From: Trypanosoma brucei
Taxonomy: Eukaryota
NCBI GenBank assembly: GCA_000002445.1
Contig: AE017150.2
Location: 608,001-672,000, forward strand
Reading direction: 5' to 3'
DNA: 64,000 nucleotides
The translations under genes were made by a program, and so were the position numbers. The notes beneath the pieces were generated by a model. It was not told the DNA's origin, did no database searches, and saw only the letters and a list, made by a program, of their open reading frames with translations. Shown piece after piece: positions 18,205 to 28,727 of this stretch. The stretch's first letter is position 1. Every line of letters begins with the position of its first letter.

Positions 18205-20490
18205 TCACATGAGCGCAGACAAGGCAAACGGAACTGTGCATGTGACATACCAACCCCACATGAGAGCCAGAAACCAATCCCGTGCAATGAGCGGTGCTCG
18301 CAGTCTGTCATAGCGCATCCGTATCATTGCCGTAAGCAAATATGATAGCGTGAAGGCTGTTACAGCAAGAATAAACGGTACAACAAATGGTACCAACTCC
18401 CTTGCTATAAGTCCATCGCAGCAACTTTGAGGTAACACTCGATCCCATCGTGGCAACCACAGAACAGGGGAAACACCGCACAAAGCAAGCGCCAGAGAAG
18501 GCCATCGGACTTGTGTAGAAATGTTGACAGGGTCTGACACTTTGATTGAGAATACCTGAGGCGGTTGGCGCTTCACGCACGCCACGGCCACTGTAAACAA
18601 TCGCAACGCGGTGAACTCCAGCAGCAACGTATTGAAGAGCATCTCAAAGATGAATATTTCCACTGCCATCACAGTGGAAACAACCAGCCACCAGTCATAC
18701 GGCAAAGAAACGGCTGAGGTAAGAACGAATAGAGTGTATATAGCGGCAAAGGAGGAGCTAAGAGTTATTTTCACCCCAACTGGTGTCGTCTCCGGCATCA
18801 CGGCGGCTGACAAATACCATAACATCCGTTCGATGACAACCAACAATAGTGGATGGAAAATATGTTCCATTCCCTTGTCAACCTTGATAGGCGCAATAAT
18901 GGGTGGCGACAGCAACGGAAAGGCATCCAATAGCATGAAGGGTACAACTAATCTGAAACACCCGTGATATTTCGCTACCGCCGCTAGCGGGGCACTCAAT
19001 GCCAGCACAAGCCCAGCGTCGTATATGAAAGCCAGTTTATCTGGACGGACAACTCGTGTATCCAAAACGGAAAACGAACCGAAACGTATCAGCACGACTA
19101 CCCAGAAGATGATGTTGGAAGCCAGGGTAGACAAAGCTGGAGGAAGATCCCACCGCAGAGCCCGCGTCGGTGCACTTTCATTGCGCGTACCGTAAGGCTC
19201 GCTTACCTCAAAATCATCACCGGCAACATTGTCGTGTGCGTGCTGTGAAATGTCATCTGAGGTGACGTAGCAGTGCATACGAGCGAGCCGCCGCTTCCGT
19301 TCACGATCCTCGGTGATTGAGTTTATGGTTAAGAAGAACAAGGCGGTCGGGAACAATGCAAATGGAACGTACACGTGCAAACCGTACGTCACGACATACT
19401 TTAACACATCTGTCAGGAGGCACGGGCACCTCCCCTCTGCATTGCAAAGCTTGTTCTCTTCGTGGTGAAGGTCGTTAAATACTAAAAACAGCACGTTTAT
19501 TACCGAGGCCAAAAGTATTCCATACAGTATGAAGACGACGCTGCTTGAGTGGTGTAACCCCGGGTCATGCCGATCCCCATCGGGGTTACTTTGAAACCCA
19601 TAAGCCTGGTAAAGTGGCTTCCTACCACGCAACTGCCCATCGTACATGACAATACCTGATAATGTCGGCTGCAACTTTTGCGCCTGCTGCATTTCATCCA
19701 CACTCGCAGTGTTTCTGTAAGGAGATCCCAATTCACTAAATGAGGGGAACACTGGCATGTCAAGTGCCTCGCCGGGTGTGTTGGTTAACACCGAATGTAG
19801 TGACGCCTGTGCAAAGTCCGTGCCGCTGCTCCAAACACGCGACGTGTTTACCCGCAGCGTCAGGTCGTTTGGTGAAGCGCATGCCATACCCTTCCGGTCA
19901 GCCCGGTCGGGGATACTCACTGGTGACAAGTCATGAGATGCAGTTGGCCTGTCTGCTATCGGTGGTTGCTCCGACATGCTGTTCAATGCGATATCAAGCC
20001 GTGAGCTGTATAATGAAAGAGGTCCTCCACTGTTTCTATACAAGCCAGCTATGAAATCGGCAGGTTCACTCCTGTTTTGATCAAATTGTGTTTCCAAACT
20101 TCTGTGATCCTCGCTATGGCTGTATCGCTCGACCCGGTAGTTCCCCATTCTATGATAGTCGCAAAAGCTTTGCCCGCTCCTATGCACGCTACTGTAAACA
20201 AGGGAGTCATCTATTCGCACGCAGTCATCCTCGTTAGAACGCCTGTTTGCGGTAAAAAAATCGTTGGGAGTCTCCATCAGAGCATTTGAACCGAACAACC
20301 GCTCCTCCAAGGGTTGGGAATAACCGGACAACCTCGCCGACCTCGCGCACGATGGCGTAGCTTCATCTACTCCGCGCGACTCCTTCTCTCCATGGGGCCA
20401 CTTGTTACCCGCTTCAGATCCTGTTTGAGCCCCGCTGTGATTTTGTTTTTTTTTTTCTTCGTGATGTTGCGTTCCATCACCCACGTGCAT
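18205..20490 (-). CDS. Hypothetical multi-pass membrane protein (761 aa). About 300 aa of hydrophilic N-terminal region are followed by at least 8 hydrophobic helices.
   Basis: Long ATG-initiated ORF on the strand of the surrounding polycistron. Repeated hydrophobic segments of about 20 aa in the C-terminal 450 aa. I recognise no family. Confidence 0.6.
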   Translation of the reverse strand: MHVGDGTQHHEEKKKQNHSGAQTGSEAGNKWPHGEKESRGVDEATPSCARSARLSGYSQPLEERLFGSNALMETPNDFFTANRRSNEDDCVRIDDSLVYSSVHRSGQSFCDYHRMGNYRVERYSHSEDHRSLETQFDQNRSEPADFIAGLYRNSGGPLSLYSSRLDIALNSMSEQPPIADRPTASHDLSPVSIPDRADRKGMACASPNDLTLRVNTSRVWSSGTDFAQASLHSVLTNTPGEALDMPVFPSFSELGSPYRNTASVDEMQQAQKLQPTLSGIVMYDGQLRGRKPLYQAYGFQSNPDGDRHDPGLHHSSSVVFILYGILLASVINVLFLVFNDLHHEENKLCNAEGRCPCLLTDVLKYVVTYGLHVYVPFALFPTALFFLTINSITEDRERKRRLARMHCYVTSDDISQHAHDNVAGDDFEVSEPYGTRNESAPTRALRWDLPPALSTLASNIIFWVVVLIRFGSFSVLDTRVVRPDKLAFIYDAGLVLALSAPLAAVAKYHGCFRLVVPFMLLDAFPLLSPPIIAPIKVDKGMEHIFHPLLLVVIERMLWYLSAAVMPETTPVGVKITLSSSFAAIYTLFVLTSAVSLPYDWWLVVSTVMAVEIFIFEMLFNTLLLEFTALRLFTVAVACVKRQPPQVFSIKVSDPVNISTQVRWPSLALALCGVSPVLWLPRWDRVLPQSCCDGLIARELVPFVVPFILAVTAFTLSYLLTAMIRMRYDRLRAPLIARDWFLALMWGWYVTCTVPFALSALM

Positions 20491-20936
20491 GTGGGCTCAA
20501 TGTTAGCCTATGATGGATAAGGGCTTTCCTCCCTCTTTTCCCTCCTCCAGAGGGGAGGGAAACTGCGAGCGTGCGTGTAGACACACACGGGGCCGGCCTG
20601 CCAAACGAGGTAGATGGTAAAGACGTCCTCTAGAAGGACGAGGAGGTAATTATTGTTGAAGAACCTTCAAAATAATAATAATAATAAATGAGCACAAAGA
20701 GGAGAAAAAATAGAAAGAGACTATGTGGGCAAAGAATTGGAACATATATTCCACCATTCAACTGCGGCAGATCCTACCACCATGCAACGTATACAAATAT
20801 AGGGAGAAGACATACCACGGTAACCGTTCCTTCGGTCACCGCAACTTACCTACGTGTAGGCGAGGTTTGATCAAAAAACGGAGCCAGACAAGTCCAAACT
20901 GTTGCTGGGCGAATCCCACCAGTTCATGTGATTAAC

Positions 20937-22088
20937 TTACTCACCCTTCTTGCGCTCGCGGTGAAACTGCTTCCGTTGTGCGCGCATACGCATGATTTCC
21001 TTTTGAACCCTCGCAGCTTCAGTCATATTTGACCATAATTGCTCACCATGTGGGGCCGTCTCCGCAGCCGAATTCGTAAGTGATTGCCGACCCTTCTGTT
21101 GTTCTATCCATGCAACTCGCCGCAGGTACGACCGCACGGCGTCTCCACCAGTTCCTTCCGTCCCGGCAACTACTTCACTACGACTCATGATGGATTCAGC
21201 CATAATTTCCCACTGCAACCGCTCTTCCACTTTCCCACTCCCAGCCACACCCCTGCTGGAGTTCTGATCGCCCCCGGGCGCTTTTTCCGAGCCGCAGGAG
21301 CCGTTGTTGTGCGCACCCGCTGAACGCATTCCCCCGTCTAGCGGCTTGCGAATAGCTTCCAATATCAAGCGGTCCTCCTCCTTGTGATGGGGGAATCCAC
21401 GTTCCACGCCGCTATCATTTTGTGTCGTCTTTCCCTCTCCGCCTTCTTGGCTGTGGCTTACCGTTCCATCTCTATTTTTTGCTTTCTTTCCCTTCTCATT
21501 GTCATCCGTTGTCTCCTTTTCTGGTGTTTTGCTTTTTTGAGCTGCACTTCGCAGCGCAGTTTCTGACCTACGGAGTTCGTTCTCCAACAACGTGAGGAAA
21601 CCTAATTGTGTTGGCAGCGCTACCCTGTCGTCTATTGACCGCAGAAGTGCTCCGCCATCGCCATTTGACGGCTCATCGTCAGTCCGCTGCCGTTTTTGCG
21701 GGTTGCTAAATATCACACCGCTGCCGTCCATTTCCGCTGAAGTTAAGGAATAAATGCGATAAACATCAGATCCGTAGCACAACAGATTACATTCCGCCCG
21801 CGGGTCATCTGGGGTTTCCTGGGCGTATGCGCGTGCTTTGGCGAGTAGAGGAAACTTTCGAAGCAGCAGTTGTGAGCCAACTCGACTCCGCACGTCACCT
21901 GAGGTGTCAGTTTCCCCTCCTAATTGTGGTGTTGCACTCATTCGTTTCCACACCAGCGCCACCGCCGCTACTGCTTGCGTGCTCCCTAAAAGTCCATTGA
22001 AAAAGAAAAAAAAAAGAGAAACAAAGACGTGAAAAGGAGTCGGTTGGTGGACGATGAGGGGGAAAAGAAACGCCACAACCGATGCCAT
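20937..22088 (-). CDS. Hypothetical protein (about 383 aa) with a basic C-terminus. The true start may be an internal Met (MSATPQ..., about 21941) because the first ~45 codons translate an A/T homopolymer region.
   Basis: Long ORF on the polycistron strand. The N-terminal FFFFF stretch derives from a poly(A) tract at about 22005-22020. Confidence 0.5.
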   Translation of the reverse strand: MASVVAFLFPLIVHQPTPFHVFVSLFFFFFNGLLGSTQAVAAVALVWKRMSATPQLGGETDTSGDVRSRVGSQLLLRKFPLLAKARAYAQETPDDPRAECNLLCYGSDVYRIYSLTSAEMDGSGVIFSNPQKRQRTDDEPSNGDGGALLRSIDDRVALPTQLGFLTLLENELRRSETALRSAAQKSKTPEKETTDDNEKGKKAKNRDGTVSHSQEGGEGKTTQNDSGVERGFPHHKEEDRLILEAIRKPLDGGMRSAGAHNNGSCGSEKAPGGDQNSSRGVAGSGKVEERLQWEIMAESIMSRSEVVAGTEGTGGDAVRSYLRRVAWIEQQKGRQSLTNSAAETAPHGEQLWSNMTEAARVQKEIMRMRAQRKQFHRERKKGE

Positions 22089-23649
22089 ACACCTTAGGGA
22101 CTTGTATAGTTACCGCAGTGCAGTTCTCCAATAATTTCCAACAAAGAAAGAAAGAAAGGAACCATGACAAATTACAATCTCACGAAGAGAGGTGCAGATT
22201 AAAATTGCTCCCCCGCACTCATACTTTTTTTTATTTTTTAAATTCTTTCTCGAATGTCCATACACAACTTGCGTTGAAGGAGGCAACGCACAAGACATTG
22301 AGACTGTGTTTTTGTTGCACTTTGCCCCGCGGTCAATAAGCCCCGACATTTTGTATAATATCCTTCTCTTCTCTTCTACTTTTTTTTCTTTTTAAATACC
22401 TTTTGCCGATGTTGTTTCGACGTACTCATTCTTCTGTAAAGGGCGGGATGCCGATCTCGCGCCAATCCGCCAGGAGGTTTCCCTCCGACCCGAGTCCCAT
22501 AACGCCGCTGAGGCCTCCCGTGGCAGTCGCTACAGCCGCCGCCCGTCGCATGCCTAAAGTTGGCGGGAGATTTGCAGGGAAGGCGAAACTTGAGGGATCA
22601 TCGAAGTCAACGAGTAACTCCAACTTGGGTTGTTGGATGGTAAGCGTAGCATCCTCTAAATACCAGCGGCGATGAATGTAACGGGAGTCCCTGGAAACCA
22701 TCACGACCTTTTCTTTTCTATCTCCCTCTCTCTCTCTCTCTTCTGTCTACTTCCTTTTTATCTTTCTTTTTTTTTTTTTGTGTGTGTGTGTGTGCGGACC
22801 CTTTTCTACTCCTCTGATTTTCTATTTAAGAAGCCTTTCCGTTGCGATCTCTGTAATGGAGTTACGCTTGCAAAAACTTCTATCGACGGCACATGCAACG
22901 GATTACGTGAATGCGGAAGGAATGCCAACATAAGAAAGCAACATAAATATATGAATGCTGGGAAAATGCATATAGAACGGTAGCCCCGCTGCGGAGCTAC
23001 AAACAAATTATAGGCGCCAGCGGATACACAAAACGTCGCAGCACTTAAATATCTCGGCTATCTGACGGTGCCCAATTCCGTCTCTTTTCCCTCTCGTTTG
23101 CGGCAGCGAGAAAACAAAAAGTCATGGGAATAGAATACACCCTGGAGGAATCCTGCGCCGCCTAAATACAAAGCCGCTCCGCTCAATGACGAAGAGGGCT
23201 AATGGTAGCAACGGATGGGAACGGATTTATGCGAATTGGTTGTCCAGTGGCATGCGCCACTCCACAGGACCGGGCACATCATATGAGGGTAATTCAGTGT
23301 AATGTAACAGAAGGGGAAGGCAACATAACAAAAAAAAGGAAGAAAGTACACCATGTACCTTACAACAAATCCAACTCCCTCCACATTCTGAGGCCAATAC
23401 CCATTTCCCCATGGGTACGACATTACGGCACGCGCCCGAAAAAAAGGGAAAAAATTGCTGCAAAAAGAAAATAGCAGCATCATACGGTCCGGCTCCACTT
23501 CACTCAAAACGGAAAAATAGTTAGGGTGAAGAAATCGGTTTGTATGAACAACATACGTGAGCGTATACATATATATATATATATATATATATTGCACAAA
23601 CGCTGGTCTCGCTCACACTCGTTTCAATTCGACATCAATCGAACTGATC

Positions 23650-24471
23650 TTATTCATACCGCACCCACCCCTGCACTGTGACATTATCCTTTTCACGTAC
23701 GGTACATGCCGTGCCATTGGGATTACATGACAAGTTAAGCACACGCGAGTAATTATGATACGGGCCTGGCCATGCTGTGTTTTCCCAGTTCTGTTCCGCT
23801 ACAAACATACGATCCCCTGTCACACCCGCAACAACGGCAACATGACCGTATGGAAAACCATTGGGTTGCCGTGGGTAAATCAACAAATCCCCCACACGCG
23901 GCTTAGAGTTTGCAGATGTTGCATTTCCGTTATGATATTTGAGTAATGGTTTCCGCTTTTGACCATTGAGCAGTTGAACATCTTTAAGATCCCAAATGTC
24001 AGCTGCTCCATCTACAGAACCAAAAGTGGCTGGTTGTGGTGTACCTCGAAGCATCCAATACCGTCGGGCATATTCCACGCATTGCCATTGCATACCATAT
24101 ATGGGTGGAACCGCATGAGGGTCCACACGACCAGCCGGTATCCGTATGTCTTCCACCTTGACAGTGTTCCAAAGTTCTGCTGTGCAACTATCACTGTTGC
24201 AATTGCTCATAGCTGGAACTCCGTTGTAAATTCCCAACACATTACCAAAAGGGGCCGAGCAATTCTGTTGGCAGCCCACTGAAAGACTCCCAGTGTTTGT
24301 ACTCACCGTATCTTTACTATTTTCCGCGCGAGGGACCTTCATAAGGCAGAGAATGATGACAACTCCCACAGCAAATGAGGCGCCTGCGTAAAGCTTATAT
24401 GAGTCGAAGTTTCTTGCCTCACCCTCACGTTGTAAAAGAGGTCTGGCGGTGCCTGCTTTCCTCGCCGCCAT
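23650..24471 (-). CDS. CHAP-domain protein (Cys/His amidohydrolase, like the glutathionylspermidine/trypanothione-synthetase amidase domain), 273 aa, with an N-terminal signal anchor.
   Basis: Catalytic-Cys motif QCVEYARRYW (compare Gsp/TryS amidase QCVEFARRF/W...). Catalytic-His motif GHVAVVAGVTGDRMFVAEQNW (compare GHVAIIT....IAEQN). Hydrophobic segment ASFAVGVVIILCLMKV near the N-terminus. N-glycosylation sequons (NGT, NYS, NLS, NVT) occur in the catalytic half. Confidence 0.8.
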   Translation of the reverse strand: MAARKAGTARPLLQREGEARNFDSYKLYAGASFAVGVVIILCLMKVPRAENSKDTVSTNTGSLSVGCQQNCSAPFGNVLGIYNGVPAMSNCNSDSCTAELWNTVKVEDIRIPAGRVDPHAVPPIYGMQWQCVEYARRYWMLRGTPQPATFGSVDGAADIWDLKDVQLLNGQKRKPLLKYHNGNATSANSKPRVGDLLIYPRQPNGFPYGHVAVVAGVTGDRMFVAEQNWENTAWPGPYHNYSRVLNLSCNPNGTACTVREKDNVTVQGWVRYE

Positions 24472-25648
24472 TGCTTCAATTTACACGATACCTCGGGGGA
24501 GGGGGAGGGGCAAAATTAAACTCGATAAACAGGCGAAAAGGGAGTAATGAAGAAGACGAAGGAATTATTTGGTTTATGAACTGTGAGGCTGTATAAATGA
24601 ACTATTATCCACTGTTTCGTACCCCAATCACGCGTGTGCTCACAGCAGGTACTTTCTTTCCTTCCCCCCTTTTTAGTTAATTTGTTTCCTTTTTACCTCC
24701 TAATTACGGGATGGGGTTTCTGTATTTGCTCCCGCTGACTTGTCAGTGAATGAGTATTTGGGACCTTTCAAAGCTGAATAGAAGAGCAACAAAACAAAAC
24801 AAAATGTATAACTCACGAAAAGAAGTCACGTTGTGCGACGTAGCTCCTCAATCGTTTGACAATAATAGATAGCATCACCATATTAAGCAGCAGTAAGGAA
24901 ATAAAAAATAATTTGAAGTAATATAGAAAAGTAAAGGTAGAAAAAATAGAAAAATAAAAATGTTTTCAACACCGTATCGCAGTTGCTTTACGTTTCGTTG
25001 CACCTTTCCTTTCTTTCCCCTTCCTGCCTCTCCACAGTTGTCTGTATTTTTATGCTAAATTTTGTCTACTTTCTCTTTTTTTTTTTTCGTGACCCGCTTC
25101 TCGTTCCCACCAATCACTTGCTCGTATGCCTTCCCTAGAACTAGATTTGTTAAAAAATATTACCCTAGTTAATTAATTAATTTAAATATATTTGCGTTTT
25201 TAAAGAAGGAACCGTTTGGTGGGGAGCGACACCAACTGGCTGGCACATTACCCTCATAACCGGCTTTGTGCTCCACTTCTTCACCGTTGCCGTTGTCGTT
25301 GTTGCTAAATACGCAATATATAAAACAACGTGGACGAAAAGAGGGTAAAATCAAAACAAATTTTGCGCGGAGAATCATCAATTGATGCGAAGCGAAGGCC
25401 AAATGCTTTGAAAAAGTGTGACAACGACACCAAACATATAAAATATGCTTAAATTGCTCCTCGAAAAATAAGATAAAAATAGGAAACTATGGGAGGAACA
25501 AGAAAATCACCTTCCCCCTGTTTTCCTACAGAATCCACCTACCTGTCACCAGAAGTTACCAACTGATGAAATTACTTGCCGTTTTTGTTAAGAAAGTCAC
25601 TAGTAGAGGAAAACAAAACAGAAAAAAAAACGAACAATCGAACTGATC

Positions 25649-26491
25649 TTATTCATACCGCACCCACCCCTGCACTGTGACATTATCCTTTTCACGTACG
25701 GTACATGCCGTGCCATTGGGATTACATGACAAGTTAAGCACACGCGAGTAATTATGATACGGGCCTGGCCATGCTGCGTTTTCCCAGTTCTGTTCCGCTA
25801 CAAACATACGATCCCCTGTCACACCCGCAACAACGGCAACATGACCGCATGGAAAGCCGTTGGGTTGCCGTGGGTAAATCAACAAATCCCCCACACGCGG
25901 CTTAGAGTTTGCAGATGTTGCATTTCCGTTATGATATTTGAGTAATGGTTTCCGCTTTTGACCATTGAGCAGTTGAACATCTTTAAGATCCCAAATGTCA
26001 GCTGCTCCATCTACAGAACCAAAAGTGGCTGGTTGTGGTGTACCTCGAAGCATCCAATACCGTCGGGCATATTCCACGCATTGCCACTTTAAGCCGCTTT
26101 GGTAACTGGTTCCAGCCACTGTGACGTTGTTATACGTAGTGGTATTCTCTGTTGCACCACAGTTGCTGTAAGAGAAGACGCCCTCATGTGCGCCAAGAAT
26201 AGCACCGACTGGATTGAGGCAATGTTTTTCCACTTTGCCGCTGCCTTCGGGGTAGCGAATGCCAGAGTAAAGCACGCCAAAGGCAATGAAAGAAATAAAA
26301 AGAAGAACGAGTACGCCAAATGTCCAAGCGAATATCGCCTGGGCAATTGAGCATAGGCGTTTTATACCACGCTTCCGGTTGTTGAAAGAACCATTAATGG
26401 CTCCATCATTGGTTTCTGGGACATCGTGAGGATCTTTTTCGTTAGATGAAAGTCGATTAGTCTTCGATGTTACCGCTGGCTCTCTTTCCAT
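25649..26491 (-). CDS. CHAP-domain protein, paralog 2 (280 aa). It has a longer cytoplasmic N-terminus and a different TM anchor and stalk. Its C-terminal ~154 aa are identical to the paralog except for 2 residues.
   Basis: Same catalytic motifs (QCVEYARRYW and GHVAVVAG). TM segment AIFAWTFGVLVLLFISFIAFGVL. Nucleotide identity with 23628-24085 extends about 10 bp past the stop codon. Confidence 0.8.
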   Translation of the reverse strand: MEREPAVTSKTNRLSSNEKDPHDVPETNDGAINGSFNNRKRGIKRLCSIAQAIFAWTFGVLVLLFISFIAFGVLYSGIRYPEGSGKVEKHCLNPVGAILGAHEGVFSYSNCGATENTTTYNNVTVAGTSYQSGLKWQCVEYARRYWMLRGTPQPATFGSVDGAADIWDLKDVQLLNGQKRKPLLKYHNGNATSANSKPRVGDLLIYPRQPNGFPCGHVAVVAGVTGDRMFVAEQNWENAAWPGPYHNYSRVLNLSCNPNGTACTVREKDNVTVQGWVRYE

Positions 26492-27581
26492 GCAGTTAGC
26501 TTATTTTGCCTCCCTTTTTTACTTTGACTCCTCTTTACGTCACCAATGGGCAGGGCGTCTTCTTCCTTTAGGTGAGAATTAATTTGCCGCTGCGGTACCG
26601 CGTTGAAGAAGCGCGCTGTAATATGCTTAAATGAGTAAAAATGACGAACACAATCTAAGAGAGTGTGCTGTGGCACTTCAAATACCCTTGTTGCTTTTGT
26701 TTTTTTTTTTAAAAAACTTGTAATGGTTGTTTGGTTACGTACGCTAAGTCCTTAGTGATCACTTAGGTGCAGACAATCAGAGATGGGCGGTGCACCACAG
26801 CCGAGTTAGTATATATTTTATCCTTAATTGCGAGATTCTAAAAAAGAAAACAACAACAGCAGCAGATGTGTGACTGAGGCACAAGAGATTGAAAGGAAAG
26901 CCACATATTGCGTCAGAGTCATTGACAAAGGGGGGGGGAAGGGTAGCAGGAGATCTATAACGGAATCAACTCCCGTTATTTCCCCATGCATTTTATTTTA
27001 TTATTATTGTTGTCGCTGTCGTTACTGTTGACGCCATCAAGAAGAGCAGTGGAAAAACACATGTGCTGAAGTGAAGACGATCTCAATAGAACTAATTCTA
27101 GCGGCAGAGAACAGTATTTACCCATCTGCAGTGATATCATGGTGAACAAGGGGGTAAGAAGAAAGCTCTTCCAACGTTTCACACTCGTAAGCCCCTTCCG
27201 TTCTGCTCCTTCTTTATCGCTGCTTGCAAAAGACAAAAATAAACCAACGACTATTCATTCTGCATTATTTTCTTATGTTTAAAGTTCTTCTTTCGGTATT
27301 ACACGTTCGTGGGCAAATATCAATTCCACTTACCTCATAAGCTGATCACGCACACACTCACGACTCATCTCCAACCCTGAGCGTCATTGCAGAGGCAACT
27401 GCGTGGCTGACCGATGGACCGAATCCCCGCACCGGGATTTCCCTCGGATGCGCGGTGTAGAAACTCATGCAAAAATTATCTTTTATCCCCCCCTCATATT
27501 CCCCGAAGCCGTGTCTACGGTTTTAACAGCTCTCTTCCACTTCGCGTGTTATTTTCACATGTCGCCACGGTGCACGTTTTA

Positions 27582-28727
27582 TCACTGTTCAGCACCATCC
27601 ACCACCTTCTCAGTTTCCTCCTTGTCCTCATGAACTTCCCCAACTGGCGTTGTTCCGAGGGCCCGCTTCGCCAGCAGTTGCTTCTGAACCTCCTCAGGCA
27701 GTTGGCGAAACCAGTAATCAAGAATGCCTTTAGAGAACCTAACAATATGAGGTGGAAAACCATCAGATAGGAATTGGCCCACAGCCACCCCAATCTTGGT
27801 GCCTATAAGTTGTTTCAGGGTAACGTTTGCACTCGCCAAGGAGGAAAGTAAGGAAACAATACGTTCCTCGTTTGCGATGCTAACCTCAACAACGTCACCG
27901 TTCAGACATTCCATGTACGTCTCTGTAAGTTCCTTCCCTGTAGTTTCTAAAGTTGCGTTCGTCACATCATGACGGCTCTTGCGCAGCATATCCACAACAT
28001 AAGCCACGTCGTCGTCTGCAGATGCGGCAGATCCTTCCCTTCCCACAGTGTCGTACGTTGCATTAGGGAGGTCTCTACCATCTTCACGGCCTCGTTTCCT
28101 TTCGGTACGTTTGCCGTACTCATCATCACTGGAGCCACCAGCCAACTCGGACTCGGAGCTGTCGCCACCAAAGTCCCTCAGAGTCTTGATTTTTCGCTTT
28201 TTTCTGTGGCGCTGCCCACTTTCCTCACTTTTTGTCTCCTTCCTTGAGATGTGATGACGTCCTTCGTCTTCTTTCCGCCTCTCTTCCACATGCTTTGATG
28301 CACCTCTTCTTAACGATAGTTTCCGTCGTTGCGGTGCTTCAACCGCTTTTTGCTCTCCGCCGTCGGCGAATTCCGTTTTTACACCTCTAACCCTCCGTTC
28401 ATTTGTTCCTCCAGCTTGTGCCTTGAGTTGTTCTTCATATAGTTGTATCGCCTCTTCGATTGCGACCGCGCAGCTCGCGTCTAACTTTCCTTCTTCCATC
28501 ATTCCCTCATCTCGATCCGGAAGAAAATATCTAATTTGCCCCTCATCTTCGCTGTTGGCGGCTGAGAGAGTGAGGGAATCGCGAGGAAGACAACAAACCC
28601 ACACGTCTGACCCCTCAGGCAGTGTTATGTCCCTGACCTCGTCGGGGTCCATGACAAAACCCGGCCACCAGGGGAATCGATCCTGTTTCAACCACACAAG
28701 GGTCCCTGGAGCAAATGATGGAATCAT
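27582..28727 (-). CDS. PWWP-domain protein (382 aa from the first ATG) with a C-terminal TFIIS N-terminal-type (TND/LW) domain and no TFIIS domains II/III or Zn ribbon.
   Basis: PWWP motif VWLKQDRFPWWPGFV near the N-terminus. The C-terminal segment SLASANVTLKQLIGTKIGVAVGQFLS parallels LASVSVTLRQLLRTKIGVSVSRALS of the neighbouring TFIIS paralog. The ORF-track start at 28787 is GTG. The first ATG (MIPSFAPG...) is at 28727. Confidence 0.7.
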   Translation of the reverse strand: MIPSFAPGTLVWLKQDRFPWWPGFVMDPDEVRDITLPEGSDVWVCCLPRDSLTLSAANSEDEGQIRYFLPDRDEGMMEEGKLDASCAVAIEEAIQLYEEQLKAQAGGTNERRVRGVKTEFADGGEQKAVEAPQRRKLSLRRGASKHVEERRKEDEGRHHISRKETKSEESGQRHRKKRKIKTLRDFGGDSSESELAGGSSDDEYGKRTERKRGREDGRDLPNATYDTVGREGSAASADDDVAYVVDMLRKSRHDVTNATLETTGKELTETYMECLNGDVVEVSIANEERIVSLLSSLASANVTLKQLIGTKIGVAVGQFLSDGFPPHIVRFSKGILDYWFRQLPEEVQKQLLAKRALGTTPVGEVHEDKEETEKVVDGAEQ

